64,000 nt of DNA from Pristiophorus japonicus (taxonomy: Eukaryota): positions 219,728,001 through 219,792,000 of the forward strand of contig NC_091987.1 in the NCBI RefSeq assembly GCF_044704955.1. Reading direction: 5' to 3'. Position numbers and translations under genes: made by a program. Shown in pieces: positions 13,291 through 25,964 of the stretch; the first letter of the stretch is position 1, and each line of letters starts with the position of its first letter. The notes under the pieces were generated by a model, which was not told the origin of the DNA, did not search any database, and saw only the letters and a program-made list of their open reading frames with translations.

Positions 13291-15547
13291 CATAGAAACA
13301 TAGAAAATAGGAGCAGGAGTAGGCCATTCGGCCCCTCGAGCCTGCTCTGCCATTCAATATGATCATGGCTGATCCTCTATCTCAACACCATATTCCCGCT
13401 TTTCCCCCATACCCCTTGATGCCTTTTGTGTCTAGAAATCTATCTATCTTCCTCTTAAATATATTCAGTGACCTGGCCTCCACAGCCTTCTGTGGTAGAG
13501 AATTCCACAGGTTCACCACCCTCTGAGTGAAAACATTTCTCCTCATCTCGCTCCTAAATTTCCTACCCCGTATCCTGAGACTGTGACCCCTTGTTCTAGA
13601 CTTCCCAGCCCCGGGGAAACATTCTCCCCGCATCCAGTCTGTCCAATCCAGTCAGAATTTTATATATTTCAATGAGATCCCCTCTCATTCTTCTAAACTC
13701 CAGTGAATACAGGCCCAGTCGACCCAATCTCTCCTCATACGACAGTCCTGCCATCCCAGGAATCAGTCTGGTGAATCTTTGCTGCACTCCCTCTATGGCA
13801 AGTATATCCTTTCTTGGGTAAAGAGACCAAAATTGCACACAATACTCCAGGTGCGGTCTAACCAAGGCCCTGTATAACTGTAGTAAGACATCCTTGCTCC
13901 TGTACTCAAATCCTCTTGCAATGAAGGCCAACATTCCATTTGCCTTCCTAACTGCTTGCTGCATCTGCATGTTTGTGTTCAATGACTGATGTACAAGGAC
14001 ACCCAGGTCCCTCTGTACATCCACACTTTCCAAGCCATCACCATTTAAATAATGCTTTGTCCTTATGTTTTTCCTACCAAGTAGATAACTTCACATTTAT
14101 CCACGTTATACTGCATCTGCCACTCACTCAACCTATCTAAATCGCCTTGCAGCATCTTTGCATCCTCCTCACAACTCACAATCCCATCTAGATTTGTGTC
14201 ACAGCAAACTTGGAAATATTACATTTGGTTCCCTCATCCAAATCATTTATATATATATTGTGAATAGCTGGGGCCCCAGCACTGATCCCTGTGGTACCCC
14301 ACTAGTCACTGTCCGCCACCCCGAAAAAGACCCGTTTATTCCTACTCTCTCTTTCCTGTCAGTTAACCAATTTTCAATCCATGACAATACTTTACCCCCA
14401 ATCCTATGTGCTTTAATTTTGCACACTAACCTCTTATGTGGGACTTTATCAAAGGCCTTCTGAAAATCCAAATGCACTACATCCACTGGTTCTCCCTTAT
14501 CTATTCTATCAGTTACATCCTCAAAAAACTCCCGTAGGTTTGTCAAACATGATTTTCCTTTCATAAATCCATGTTGCCTTTGTCTAATCCCGTTGATATT
14601 ATCTAAGTATGCCGTTATCACATCCTTTTATAATAGACTCCAGCATTTTCCCTACTACTGATGTCAGGCTAACCGGTCTGTAGTTCCCCGTTTTCTCTCT
14701 CCCTCCTTTTTTTAAATAGTGGGGTTACATTTGCCAACCTCCAATCTGCAGGAACTGATCCATAATCTATAGAATTTTGGAAGATGACAACCAATGCATT
14801 TACTATTTCCATGACTACCTTGTTTAGTACTCTGGGATGCAGATCATCAGGCCCTGGGGATTTATCTGCCTTCAGTCCCATTAGTTTCTCCAGCACTATT
14901 TTTTTACTAATAATCATTTCCTTTAATTCTTCTTGCTCTCTAGACCCTTGGTTCCCTAGCATTTCTGGGACGTTATTTGTGTCCTCTTCTGTGAAGACAG
15001 AACCAAAGTATTTAATTTTTCTGCCATTTCCTTGTTCCCCATTATAAATTCTCCCGTTTCTGTCTGTAAAGGACCTACATTTGTCTTCACTAATCTTTTT
15101 CTTTTTACATACTTGTAGAAACTTTTGCAATCGGTTTTTATGTTCCTTGCAAGTTTACTCTCATATCTATTTTTCCCCTCTTAATCAATCTCTTGGTCCT
15201 TTTTTGCTGAATTCTAAACTGCTCCCAATCCTCAGGCTACTTTTTCTGGCAACTTTGTATAACTCCTCTTTGGATCTAATAATATCCTTAATTTTTTTTT
15301 GTTAGCCATGGTTGAGCCACTTTTCCTTTTGTGTTTTTACACTAGAAAGGAATGTATAACTGTTGCAATTCATGCATTCGTTCCTTAAATATTAGCCATT
15401 GCTTATCCACTGTCATGCCTTTTAATGAATCTTCCCAATTTATCATAGCCAATTTATTCCTCAATACCTTCGTAGTTTCCTTTGTTTAGATTTAGATCCC
15501 TAGTTTTGGATTGGACTACTTCACTTTCCATCTTAATAAGAAATTCA
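13291..15547 (-). mobile_element. 5'-truncated CR1 LINE
   Basis: Tail CATAGAAACATAGAA. Peptides HGFMKGKSCLTNL, SGVPQGSVLGP and RPHLEYCVQFWS. Confidence 0.93.
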
Positions 15548-15619
15548 ACCCCTGACATTTAACCCCTGACATTTAACCCCTGACTCAACAACTCAGTGGC
15601 TTTGCTGATGTTAATAAGG

Positions 15620-16460
15620 CTGATGTTTTAATTCATTAATATTGAAGAAGGGTTGGAATTGGGTATACCCTAGGGGTCAGGGCTGAGTTGTTCTTACTCT
15701 CACTCTTTTTCTCTCTCCCCCTCTCTAATTATATGATTTAGAATTGGGTATAAACAGTTTCTTTTAAATCAAAATTTACGAAGGCATAAAATTCGGGGTC
15801 TGGCAAACAGTGAGGACTGTTAAAGACTTCAGAAGGACATGGCCAGGTGAGCAGAATGGGCAGAGAGGTGGCGGCTGCAGTTTAACATGGTGGAGTGTGA
15901 GGAAAAATAACGAATGGGAATGTGCACGCAACGCAAAGGGGCTGCAGGATGTGGGGGGAACAGAGAGACCCTGGGGATTTAAATTCACAATTCTCTGAAA
16001 GTGTGTGTGCAGGTTGATAAAGACATTTTAAAAAGCCAATAGCAATTTGTGTTTTATAAGTAGCAGCATAGAGTGCAAGAGGAATGAGGTAATAAACTTA
16101 TACAAAACATTGGTTAGACCACAGTTAGAGTGTGTGTAGTTTTGGAGCCATAGAGAGGATTGATTCATCCAGGTAATGGCAGGGATGAGAGGAGACTTGA
16201 GGCACTGCAACTATTCCCACCGTAACAGAAGAGTATGAGGAGATTTAATCAAGGATTTTAAAATGATGAAGGGTTCTGATAGTGAATGGGAAAAGTGTTT
16301 ACCTCCTGGTTGTGGAGCTGCTGACAAGCGGTCATTGAGTTGGAACTGTCACTAAGTGAGTGAGAGGGCGGGTTGGGAGACAGAGGGTTGCTTGGGTGTG
16401 GAATGCTGTAGAGCGAGGAAAACTCCATCGCTCCTTTGATGGGAAAATTTAATAAATATT
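15620..16460 (+). mobile_element. Old, decayed CR1 RT fragment
   Basis: Degenerate similarity to the CR1 3' region (TATAAAACATTGGTTAGACCACAG...). Confidence 0.6.
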
Positions 16461-16697
16461 TTCAGCCAGCTGTTGGCAAACACCCTAAAGCCAATCAGCT
16501 GTTCACTCCCCCAGTTAAGGAATAGTGTGTCCAGTGCGTAGTGCGGAGATATGAAAGGAAGAAGATGGCAAAATGTTTTAGGAAAGGATTACTGTATTTC
16601 TGGAATTAAAAAAACAGATTTGGAAAAAGGCCTGGATTTATTTCCAGTCGAGTTAAACTTGAGATAAACAAGGTGGTGCGTTATTGTTAGAAATATA

Positions 16698-18014
16698 GGG
16701 CCCAAGTTTCCACACGTGCCTAGAACGGCGCAGTCCCGACCTGGACGCCCGTTTTTCGCGCCACAAAGTGCGCCTAAAAAAATCCTCCGTATTCTCCACC
16801 TACCTGCAGGTCCTCTGGCCCTCGGCGCAGCGCAGCAGGAGCTGTAGGGGGCGGAGCCAGCTCCCTGCGCTGAAAACAGTGCCGGGACCTCTGCACATGC
16901 GCGCTACAGTGGGCGCGCATGTGCAGTAGCTCCAGGCGCCCGAAACTGTGTGGGAGGGGCCCGAAGCACGCAGCCCCTAGCCCTGGCCGAATGGCCTCAC
17001 TGGGGCTGCGTGAATAAGGCTCCTCCCACGGCCAGCTCCTGCTTCCTCCCGACTCGACTCCCGCTTCCCACACACCCCCCCCCCCCCCCCCCGACCCGAC
17101 ACCGACCCCCGCCCCTGACACCGACCCGATTTCCCCCCCCCCCCCCCCCCCCCCGGACCGGACCCAACCTGACTCCAGCTCCCCCCCCCTGACTGGACCC
17201 GACCCGACTCCCGCCCCCCCAACTGGACCCGACCCGTCTCCCGCTCCCGCCTCCCCCCCCCCCCCCCTCGACTGGACCCGACCTGACTCCCGCTCCTCCC
17301 CCCACCCCCGACTCCCGCCCTCCGACTGGACCCGACCCGACCCGACTCGACTCGACTCCCGCTCCCCCCCCCCCCCGCCCCCGGACTGGATCCGACCTGA
17401 CCTCCCCCTCCCTCTCCCTCCCTCCCCCCCCCCTCCCTCCCTCCCTCCCCCCGACCCGAACCAACCTGACCCGACCCAACGCCACCTACCTGTAAATCTG
17501 GTGCTGGGGACGGTCTCGGGCCCGAAAGGCCTGCCTGAAGCAATTTCACACAGGTAGGAAGATGGTTTATTTAATCTTTTCTTTGCTTATAAATGTTTAT
17601 TCCGGTTGGATTTATTTGTATAATATTTGTAGAAGTATAAATAAGGAATTATTGTAGAATTTAATGACTTCCCTTTCCCCCCCCCCCCCCCCCCCACCTC
17701 GTTCTGGACGCCTAATTTGTAACCTGCGCCTGATTTTTTAATGTGTAGAACAGGTTTTTTCAGTTCTACAAAAATCTTCACTTGCTCCATTCTAAGTTAG
17801 TTTGGAGTACGTTTTCACTGTGGAAACTTTGAAATCAGGCGTCAGTGGCCGGACACGCCCCCTTTTGAAGAAAAAATTCTGTTCCAAAGTGGAACTGTTC
17901 TAACTGACTAGAACTGCAGAAAAAAAAATGTGGAGAATTGCGATTTCTAAGATAGTCCGTTCTCCACCAGTTGCTCCTAAAAATCAGGCGCAAATCATGT
18001 GGAAACTTGGGCCC
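16698..18014. mobile_element. Non-autonomous DNA transposon (MITE, PIF/Harbinger-like termini)
   Basis: Perfect 17-bp TIRs GGGCCCAAGTTTCCACA...TGTGGAAACTTGGGCCC. Flanks ATA/TTA form an imperfect 3-bp TSD. No transposase; internal (CCCGA)n/C-rich tract. Confidence 0.8.
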
Positions 18015-18422
18015 TTAGTTTGTCATCTTCGTCTCCCTCAGTATGTCTGACTGCACATCCTCCCTTTTACACTCCAGCCATTGCTGTGGGGAAATGTGAG
18101 TAAGTTCTCCCCCTCTTAGGCTGTCTGCACCCAAACCCTCGTGCTTCATCACATTCCCCAACGAAGAGGACCAACAGACAACTTGCTCCTACCCAACTGT
18201 CCGAGTGCCTCTCTCGCTGGGTGTTAGGGACTGTGCAGAGCAATCTGTGAGCGCGTGTCCCGCCCTGTGTCCGAGGAGCTGCCCCACTGCCGTTCTGTGG
18301 TCCTGCCTCTGTTGTAATGGCTGAGGATGTGAAATTCCCTGGTTGTCACGGGGAGCTGTTTTAGAAATTCCCAGTGATAACCGCCCAACGATGCTGAGAT
18401 CTATTTTTCTCCTGTTTTAAAG

Positions 18423-18561
18423 ATGATTCCAGAAATGCCACAACCGTGTTCCGAGACAAATGCGGGAGAAAGAGGGACTTGGATCAGGAGCGGATCGATC
18501 ACAAGAAGAAGGAAGCGGAGAAAGCGGCAAAACAAGAAAAATATGCCCAGTGGGGCAAAGG
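18423..18561 (+). CDS. BUD13: BUD13 coding exon (DDSRNATTVFRDKCGRKR...YAQWGKG)
   Basis: Acceptor ttttaaag| and donor AGG|gtgaga. Conserved TVFRDKxGRKR and YAQWGKG motifs. Phases 1/2. Confidence 0.95.
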
Positions 18562-18694
18562 GTGAGAGTGACGGAACATTCATCAGTCTGCAGCATCAGC
18601 AGCGCAGGGGACGGGCAGTACTTCACTGCAACAGTCCCTTTACACAGGGCTCAGGGCTGCTACAACTGTCTCACACACTCATTTTATTATGCTC

Positions 18695-19133
18695 CGTTTC
18701 CCCCTTCACCCCTTCTGTTCCCCCCTTCCACTCCCCCCTCCGCCCCCCCTTCCCCTCTAGCTCCCAACACCCCATCCCCCCACTCTCCCTTCTCCCTCCA
18801 CCCACCCACTCCTCCCCCGCCCTCTCCCTCCCCGCTCCCGCCCTTGCCCCCCACGCCCTCGCCCCCCCACGCCCTCGCCCCCCACGCCCTCGCCCCCCCA
18901 GGCCCTCGCCCCCCACGCCCTCGCCGCCCGCCCCCTCCTCTCTCCCGCCCCCTCCTCTCTCCCGCCCCCTCCTCTCTCCCGCCCCCTCCTCTCTCCCGCC
19001 TCTCTCCTGCCCCCTCACCCCGCCTCCCTTCTCCCCTGCCTCCTCTTCCCTTACCCTTCCCCCTTCCCCCTCCCCTCCCCCCTTCCCCTTCCCCTTCCCC
19101 TTCCCCTCTACCCCCACTCCTCCCCCCACCCCC
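18695..19133. repeat. C/T-rich low-complexity tract with short tandem units
   Basis: Near-pure polypyrimidine with repeated CCCTCGCCCCCCACG and CCCCTCCTCTCTCCCG units. Confidence 0.9.
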
Positions 19134-19134
19134 A

Positions 19135-21310
19135 AAAGTGGTAAAACATTTGGCAGATGGAGTATAATGTAGAAAATTGAGAGATTATCCACTATGGCAA
19201 AAAACCAAGAGAAAAGCAGATTTTAATTTAAATGGAGAAAAATTGCAAAGTGCCGCAGTACAATGGGACCTGAGGTTACTTGTGCACAAGTAATCCGGAA
19301 GTCAAATGTAATATTGGCCTTTATTTTTGGGATGGAATATAAAGAGCATAAGAACATAAGAAATAGGAGCAGGAGTCATCCATAGGGCCCCTCGAGCCTG
19401 CTCCGCCATTTAATACGATCATGGCTGATCCAATCATGGACTCAGGTCAACTTCCCTGCCCGCTCCCCATAACCCCTTATTCCCTTATCAGTTAAGAAAC
19501 TGTCTATCTCCGTCTTAAATTTATTCAATGTCCCAGCTTCCACAGCTCTCTGAAGCAGCAAATTCCACAGACTTACAACCCGCTGAGAGAAGAAATTCCT
19601 CCTCATCTCAGTTTTAAATGGGCGGCCCCTTATTCTAAGATTATGCCCCCTAGTCTCTCCCATCAGTGGAAACATCCTCTCTGCATCCACCTTGTCAAGC
19701 CCCCTCAGAATCTTATTCGTTTCGATAGGACCACCTCTCATTCTTCTGAACTCCAATGAATAAAGGCTGAACCTTTCCTCATAAGTCAACCCCCTCATCT
19801 CCAGAATCAACCTAGTGAACTTTCTCTGAACTGCCTCCAAAGCAAGTATATCCTTTCTTAAATATGAAAACCAAAACTGTACACAGTACTCCAGGTGTGG
19901 CCTCACCAATACCCTGTATAGCTGTAGCAAGACTTCCTTGCTTTTATACTCCATCCCCTTTGTAATAAAGACCAAGATACCATTGGCCTTCCTGATCACT
20001 TGCTGTACCTGCATACTAACCTTTTGTGTTTCATGCACAAGTACCCCCAGGTCCCGCTGTACTGCAGCACTTTGCAATTTTTCTCCATTTAAATAATAAC
20101 TTGCTCTTTCATTTTTTCTGCCAAAGTGCATGACCTCACACTTTCCAACATTATACTCCATCTGACAAATTCTTGCCCACTCACTTAGCCTGTCTATGTC
20201 CTTTTGCAGATTTTTTGTGGCCTCCTCACACATTGCTTTTCCTCCCATCTTTGTATCGTCAGCAAACTTGGCTACGTTACACTCAGTCCCTTCTTCCATG
20301 TCGTTAATGTAGATTGTAAATAGTTGGGGTCCCAGCACTGATCCTTGTGGCACCCCACTAGTTACTGATTGCCAACCAGAGAATGAACCATTTATCCCGA
20401 CTCTCTGTTTTCTGTTAGATAGTCCATCCTCTATCCATGCTAATATATTACCCCCAACCCCGTGAAGTTTTATCTTGTGCAGTAACCTTTTATGTGGCAA
20501 CTTGTCAAATGCCTTCTGGAAGTCCAAATACACCACATTTACTGGTTCCCCTTTATCCACCCTGTTCATTACATCCTCAAAGAACTCCAGCAAATTTGTC
20601 AAACATGACTTCCCCTTCATAAATCCATGCTGACTCTGCCTGACCGAATTTTGCTTTTCCAAATGTCCTGCTACTGCTTCTTTAATAATGGACTCCAACA
20701 TTTTCCCAACCACAGATGTTAGGCTAACTGGTCTATAGTTTCCTGCTTTTTGTCTGCCTCCTTTTTTAAAAGCAGAGAAGTTTTGCTACAACTGTACAGG
20801 GTATTGGTGAGGCCACACCTGGAGTACTGCGTACAGTTTTGGTCTCCGTGTTTAAGGAAGGATGTACTTGCATTGGAGGCTGTTCAGAGAAGTTTCACTA
20901 GGTTGAAGATAGGTTGAGTAGGTTGGGTCTATACTCATTGGAGTTCAGAAGAATGAGAGGTGATCTTATCGAAACATATAAGATAATGAGGGGGCTGGAC
21001 AAGGTAGATGCAGAGAGGATATTTCTACTCATAGGGTAACTAAAACTACGGGGCATAATCTCAGAATAAGGTGCTGCCCATTTATAACTGAGATGAGGAA
21101 TTTCTTCTCTGAGGGTTGTAAATCTGTGGAATTCGCTGCCTCAGAGTGTGGTAGAGGCTGCACCTTTGAATATATTTAAGGCTAGATAGACAGATTTTTG
21201 AGAGATAAGGGAATAAAGGATTATGGGAGTGGGCAGGGAAGTGGAGCTGAATTCACGATGGAGCCGGCTCGAGGGGTCAAATGGCCTACTCCTGCTCTTA
21301 TTTTGTGTGT
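19135..21310 (+). mobile_element. CR1 3' fragment split by a nested opposite-strand CR1
   Basis: The plus-strand RT tail stops at GGAATATAAAAG (~19345) and resumes at AAAAGCAGAGAAG (~20768). Confidence 0.85.
19347..20767 (-). mobile_element. Young 5'-truncated CR1 with an uninterrupted 423-aa RT ORF (19442-20713)
   Basis: Motifs YLDFQKAFD, GVPQGSVLGP and FADDTK; TTCTTATG tail. Confidence 0.95.
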
Positions 21311-21354
21311 TCTCTGTCCCCTCTCATTCTTTCTCTCTGGGACCTATGTTTCAG

Positions 21355-21539
21355 GGTGGCTCAGGAGGAGCAGCAGAGAAAGAACGTTGAAGATGCTCTT
21401 CACGAGATGCAGAAACCGCTCGCTCGACACATCGATGATGAAGATCTGGACCGTTTCCTGCGTGAGAGGGAGCGAGACGGAGACCCCATGGCTGGGCTGA
21501 TCAGGAAGAAGAAGGAAAAAGAGGCCAAGAATAAAAATG
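21355..21539 (+). CDS. BUD13: BUD13 coding exon (VAQEEQQRKNVEDALHEMQKPLARHIDDEDLD...GDPM), ending at a probable GC donor
   Basis: Acceptor tttcag|. Conserved KPLARxIDDEDLD and GDPM motifs. Donor ATG|gcaagt. Confidence 0.92.
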
Positions 21540-21584
21540 GCAAGTTTAAACATGGTGAAATGAAGGGGCCCAATACTGAGGGGG

Positions 21585-22455
21585 GTTTAGACATGGTAAG
21601 GTCCAATAGTGCTGGGATAGGAATTTAGACATGGTACAGCCTGATAGTGCACGGCGGGGGGAGGAGATAAAGGTTAGACATGGTATGGTCTGATGGTATT
21701 GGGGAGGTGGGAGGGGTTACAGATGGTACGGTCCACTGGTTCTGGGTGGGGATGTTAGACATGGCACGGTCCAATGGTACTGGGAGTGGGGGAGGGTTAG
21801 ACATGGTACGGTCCAGTAGTGCTGGGTGGGGGATTTAGACATGATGTGGTCTGATGATGCGAGGTAGGGAGGCGGGGGCAGTTTAGACATGGTTTGGGCC
21901 TACAGTATTGGGAGGTGAGGGTTTAGATATGGTACCGTTTGATAGTACTGGTATTGGTGGTGGGGGGGGGTGTTTAGACATGGTACGGTCTGATGGTGGG
22001 GGGAGGAGTACACATGGTAGGGTCCGATGGTACTGAGAGGGTGGGTAGACATAGTACGGTCTGATGGTATGGTCCGATGGTACTGGGGTGGGGGGTAGAC
22101 ATGGTACAGGGGGTGGGGGAGAGAGAGACATGGTACGGTCCGATGGTATTGGGGTGGGTGGTAGACTTGGTACGGTCCGATGGTATTGGGGTGGGTGGTA
22201 GACTTGGTACAGTCCGATGGTACTGGGGTGGGGGGGTAGACATGGTACGGTCCGATGGTACGGGGGGTGGGGGGAGGGAGTAGACATGGTACGGTCCGAT
22301 GGTACTGGGGGGGGAGTAGACATGGTATGGTCTGATGGTACTGGGATGGGGGGTAGACTTGGTATGGTATAGGGGTGGGGGGTAGACTTGGTACAGTCCG
22401 ATGGTACTGGGGTGGGGGAGAAGAGGTAGACATGGTACGGTCCGATGGTACTGAG
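21585..22455. repeat. Degenerate ~36-42-bp G-rich minisatellite (TAGACATGGTACGGTCCGATGGTACTGGGG...)
   Basis: Recurrent core with variable G-runs; fills most of the intron. Confidence 0.9.
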
Positions 22456-22521
22456 AGAAGGTTGTTTCAGACTAACGCAAGACAGAGCCTCGGCTGAATG
22501 TGTGTTTGTTTCCCTTTGTAG

Positions 22522-22603
22522 AAAAGCCGATGTACAAAGGACCAGCACCCCCTCCCAACAGGTTTAACCTTTACCCCGGGTATCGCTGGGATGGAGTGGA
22601 CAG
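22522..22603 (+). CDS. BUD13: BUD13 penultimate coding exon ([27 protein letters not shown])
   Basis: Acceptor tttgtag| and donor CAG|gtaatg. Hallmark Bud13-domain motif [17 protein letters not shown]. Confidence 0.97.
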
Positions 22604-23664
22604 GTAATGTACTACTACAACTTTAAAAAAACATGAAAATGTTTATAATTGGAATAAAACATGGTATTGATCGTAAATGGGATATTAAACAACTTGCAGG
22701 GTATAGAGATAGTATCAGCAGGGATTGCTGCGTAAAAAGGTGGGACCAGGAGCAGCTGGAGGTTATTGAATTAAAAATGTAAATATTAAAACTTGCAAAG
22801 ATTTGTGGAAGTGAAAGAAATAGCAAGGGATACGGAGCAAAGGTAGGTAAATGGTGGAGCGGGTTCGAGGGGCTGAATGGCCTCCTCCTGTCCCTAGAAA
22901 GTGGGAAAATAGAATGAGTGGGAATGGCTGTGATGAGGAGAGGGAATGGTTTCCGAGCTGGGCAGGGGAAGCAGGTACACGGTGCTGTATGTGGCCTTAA
23001 ACAGCAAGGCATACAGCTTCTCTGCTGTATCCCAGCCTTAGGGACTGTTCCTGTCACTACAGGAATATCAGGACCATAGTATTCCTGCACCAATCCTGCA
23101 GAAGGTTTGAAATATCCTGCTCTAGTCACGCTTCAATCAGGGTGGGTTCCCAGTTTTGGAGCGATTGATCAGGAGTGCCAGTTGGAGAGTGTCAGACCTG
23201 TGACTGGGTCATTTCATTTGCTGATGATTTGTGGGGAGCGGGCGGGCGGGCAGGAGAGGTGGCTGCTGTCACCACTGGAGCTTGTTCAGGTCGTTCGATC
23301 AGCAGCCTGCTCACCTGTGGCTTTGGGCCATTCTAACCTCACAATCTAGGCACAAGGTTCATTCAGAATCATGTATGTGGACTCGGTGACTCATTACTGG
23401 TGCCTCAGAGCCTCAGGCAACTGAGTGCCCAATAAATGGCCTATTTCGAGGTTGCAACTATCTGTCAATGGATAAATGGCAGGTAGTTGTTTGAGTGAGA
23501 AGCTGAGATCTTTGGGCAATCTCACTGATCCAATCTCTGTCACCAACCTTCCTCACCTGGATGAGAAGGAAGTTCACAAAAATAATCCAGTAATTACATA
23601 TAGTCGCTCACATCGCACGTTTGAAGTCACTGCACCAGCAAGAGAATGTTTTTTAAACTTGCAG

Positions 23665-23758
23665 GTCGAATGGGTTTGAACAGAAGCGGTATTCCAGACT
23701 GGCAGATAAGAAGGCGGTGCAGGAGATAGCGTACAAATGGAGCGTGGAGGATATGTAA
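23665..23758 (+). CDS. BUD13: BUD13 last coding exon (SNGFEQKRYSRLADKKAVQEIAYKWSVEDM*)
   Basis: Acceptor ttgcag|, TAA at 23756-23758, conserved C-terminus. Confidence 0.97.
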
Positions 23759-23903
23759 ACCGCTCTCCGCACATAAACACTGGGACCTTTGTGCTGGACC
23801 TTATTCTCTAACCTGTTCTGTGCAATGTGGGGTCTGAATACCTGAGACTATCGAGAGAAGACACAACTCTTTTTATTCATGTTAATATTTTGTCCTTTTT
23901 AAA

Positions 23904-23909
23904 TATAAA
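23904..23909 (+). terminator. Possible variant poly(A) signal (TATAAA) of BUD13
   Basis: About 145 nt after the stop and followed by GT-rich sequence. No canonical AATAAA seen nearby. Confidence 0.3.
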
Positions 23910-25589
23910 GTTTGTACTGTGCGATTACAGGTCTATTTGGTCTGGTGACAGTCTATCTGGCAAACTGTGGCTCAAGCTGATGGTGGGACTTTTCCCATCA
24001 TTGCCTCGTTTTGGATTTAATCGAAATTCATTTATTTTTGAACTTTGTATAGCTGAAAATCTGGATGATTGAACACAGTTTGGAATTGAGTTTATGCTTT
24101 GAATACAAACCACCCTCAGAGAATGCAGTTCGACTAGGATCAATCTCAGACGTGAACAGATCGTGTCCTGCAATCCCCAACACTGCTAGTGCATCACAGA
24201 ACCAGCAAATCACAAGGCAAAGATACCAGGGTCCGCAGGCCCCGTGTATAAACACCGTGACTACTCTTTGAAGAAGTGGTTCCTGACATCACCGTGAAAT
24301 GCCTGGCTCTAATTTTAAGATTATTCCCCCTTGTTCTGGACTCGCTCCACCAGAGGAAATAGTTTCTACCCTATCATCAAGTCCTTTAATCATCTCTTCG
24401 ATACTCGAGGGACTAAAAGCTCAGTTTATGCAACCTATCCTCATAATTGAACCCTTTCAGCCCAGTGTCATTCTGCTGTGACAGCACTGCAACCCCTCCA
24501 GAGCCAACATAGCCTTGCGGTGCCCAGAACTGAACGCACTTACTCCAGATGCGAAGTATTCTCTGTCAGAGGGCAGCTTTACACTCTGGGTGCTGGCTTG
24601 CAGTATTGCAGCTGGTGTGCTGCCAGCGGGCCGCATTGTCCTGCGTGGGTTGTGTAGACAGGGGGTTTTCCTGCAGCACTAGGAGTTAGTGCAGCTGCTA
24701 TGGGATCCTCCTGGATCATCTGCAGGTCGCCCTATTGGTGTTGGAGGAACATTGTCAATAACAGCAGATACACTTCCCAACAGGATCAATCAGACAGTAA
24801 CTGACTCTTACCCAAGTCCCATTATACACAGGGAACATTCAATACCATTACCGGGTTCTGCTACATTCCTTAAAAAGTGAATGCATGGTAAGGATTTTCT
24901 GGAACCTACCAACAGGGATGTCCCTTTCTGCCAGATCAGCTCCACTTACCCACCATGTCTCTCTCAAGCTGACTGAACATTGTCCCCTGGTAACATATTC
25001 CACAACTCCTTCCGTGCTCCTGAATGTGTAACTAGTGTCCCCCGTGGTTTGAATGATTCATGTCTTGCCCAAAGAAAGCCAAAGTGTTCCACCCAGAAAA
25101 TAACCAAACTATCCCAGAATTGCACCAATGCCAGTGTAGTTCCCCCGGGGCTGCCAAGGGTTCAGTAAATATATCAGCAGCTTTGCGGTTTTAAATTCTG
25201 CAACCAGAACACCAGCAAGTTGTGGTCAATTAGAGAATGCTTCAGTTGATAGTGTTCAGGAACTGGGCACCGTCAAGATTCACTCTCAGGGCGGCCTGGG
25301 AAATTAAAGGACGAGAAAAAATGTTTTTCTTTGAACGGTACAAAATCATGGTAACTTTTCTTTTTAATTAGCTATCAGGAAGTGAGCGAATAGAACAGTA
25401 ACACACCGAGCTCACAGACACTGAGTGTCAGTGAAGCGGCTAGTCTTTGGTTGCAAAGAATCACAAGACAGAGTACATCGATTAGCCAACCAGGCAGTCA
25501 AACAGCTACACGACAAAATTCCTCAATACACGGCATTCACCATTCTCAGCGGGAAATCCCGGACTCTGCTTTCGCCCACAAACGTCACT

Positions 25590-25710
25590 GACAAGGCTGC
25601 CGTTTATTGCCCATCGCTAGTGGCCCCGAGAAGGTGGTGAACCTTCCTGAACCTCTGCAGTCCTCAGGTGAAGCTGCTCCCACAGTACTGTTAGGTCAGG
25701 ATTTTCCTTT
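25590..25710 (-). mobile_element. LINE 3'-end fragment containing AATAAA (25608-25603)
   Basis: Minus strand reads ...GATGGGCAATAAA. A related terminus lies near 28940-28985 (+). Confidence 0.55.
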
Positions 25711-25780
25711 GAATAGGCCTTGGTGCTGTGACGGCTGCTTTGGCGTCTGGTGTTGCAGCGTCACGGTGACTCCGGTGGTT

Positions 25781-25859
25781 TCATTGTGTGGCGACGGGCG
25801 ATGGTCTGGAGCAGAGCTTCAGCTCCTTGAGCCGCTGATGGATTAGGTAGGCTTGTAAT
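25781..25859 (-). CDS. SAXO-like gene, candidate terminal exon (LQAYLIHQRLKELKLCSRPSPVATQ*)
   Basis: Acceptor ccccaagtgcag|. Phase 2 matches the GC donor at 27244. AATAAA lies about 175 nt downstream. Confidence 0.5.
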
Positions 25860-25964
25860 CTGCACTTGGGGAGGGGGGTTAGACTGGGAAAGTGGGAGAG
25901 ATGTACCATTCAAGACATTGTAGGTATTTCAGAAGAAAACTGAAGCAGAATATATACATTGTAG

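Noticed and set aside
15547-15584. Telomere-like TAACCCC repeats
   Set aside because: Only about 3 copies of a 14-bp unit, not (TTAGGG)n.
18423-19172. 249-aa ATG-initiated ORF
   Set aside because: Wrong frame of a BUD13 exon running into a polypyrimidine tract.
19442-20713. Intact RT ORF as a domesticated gene or retron-like system
   Set aside because: Ordinary 5'-truncated CR1 with its tail and no promoter evidence.
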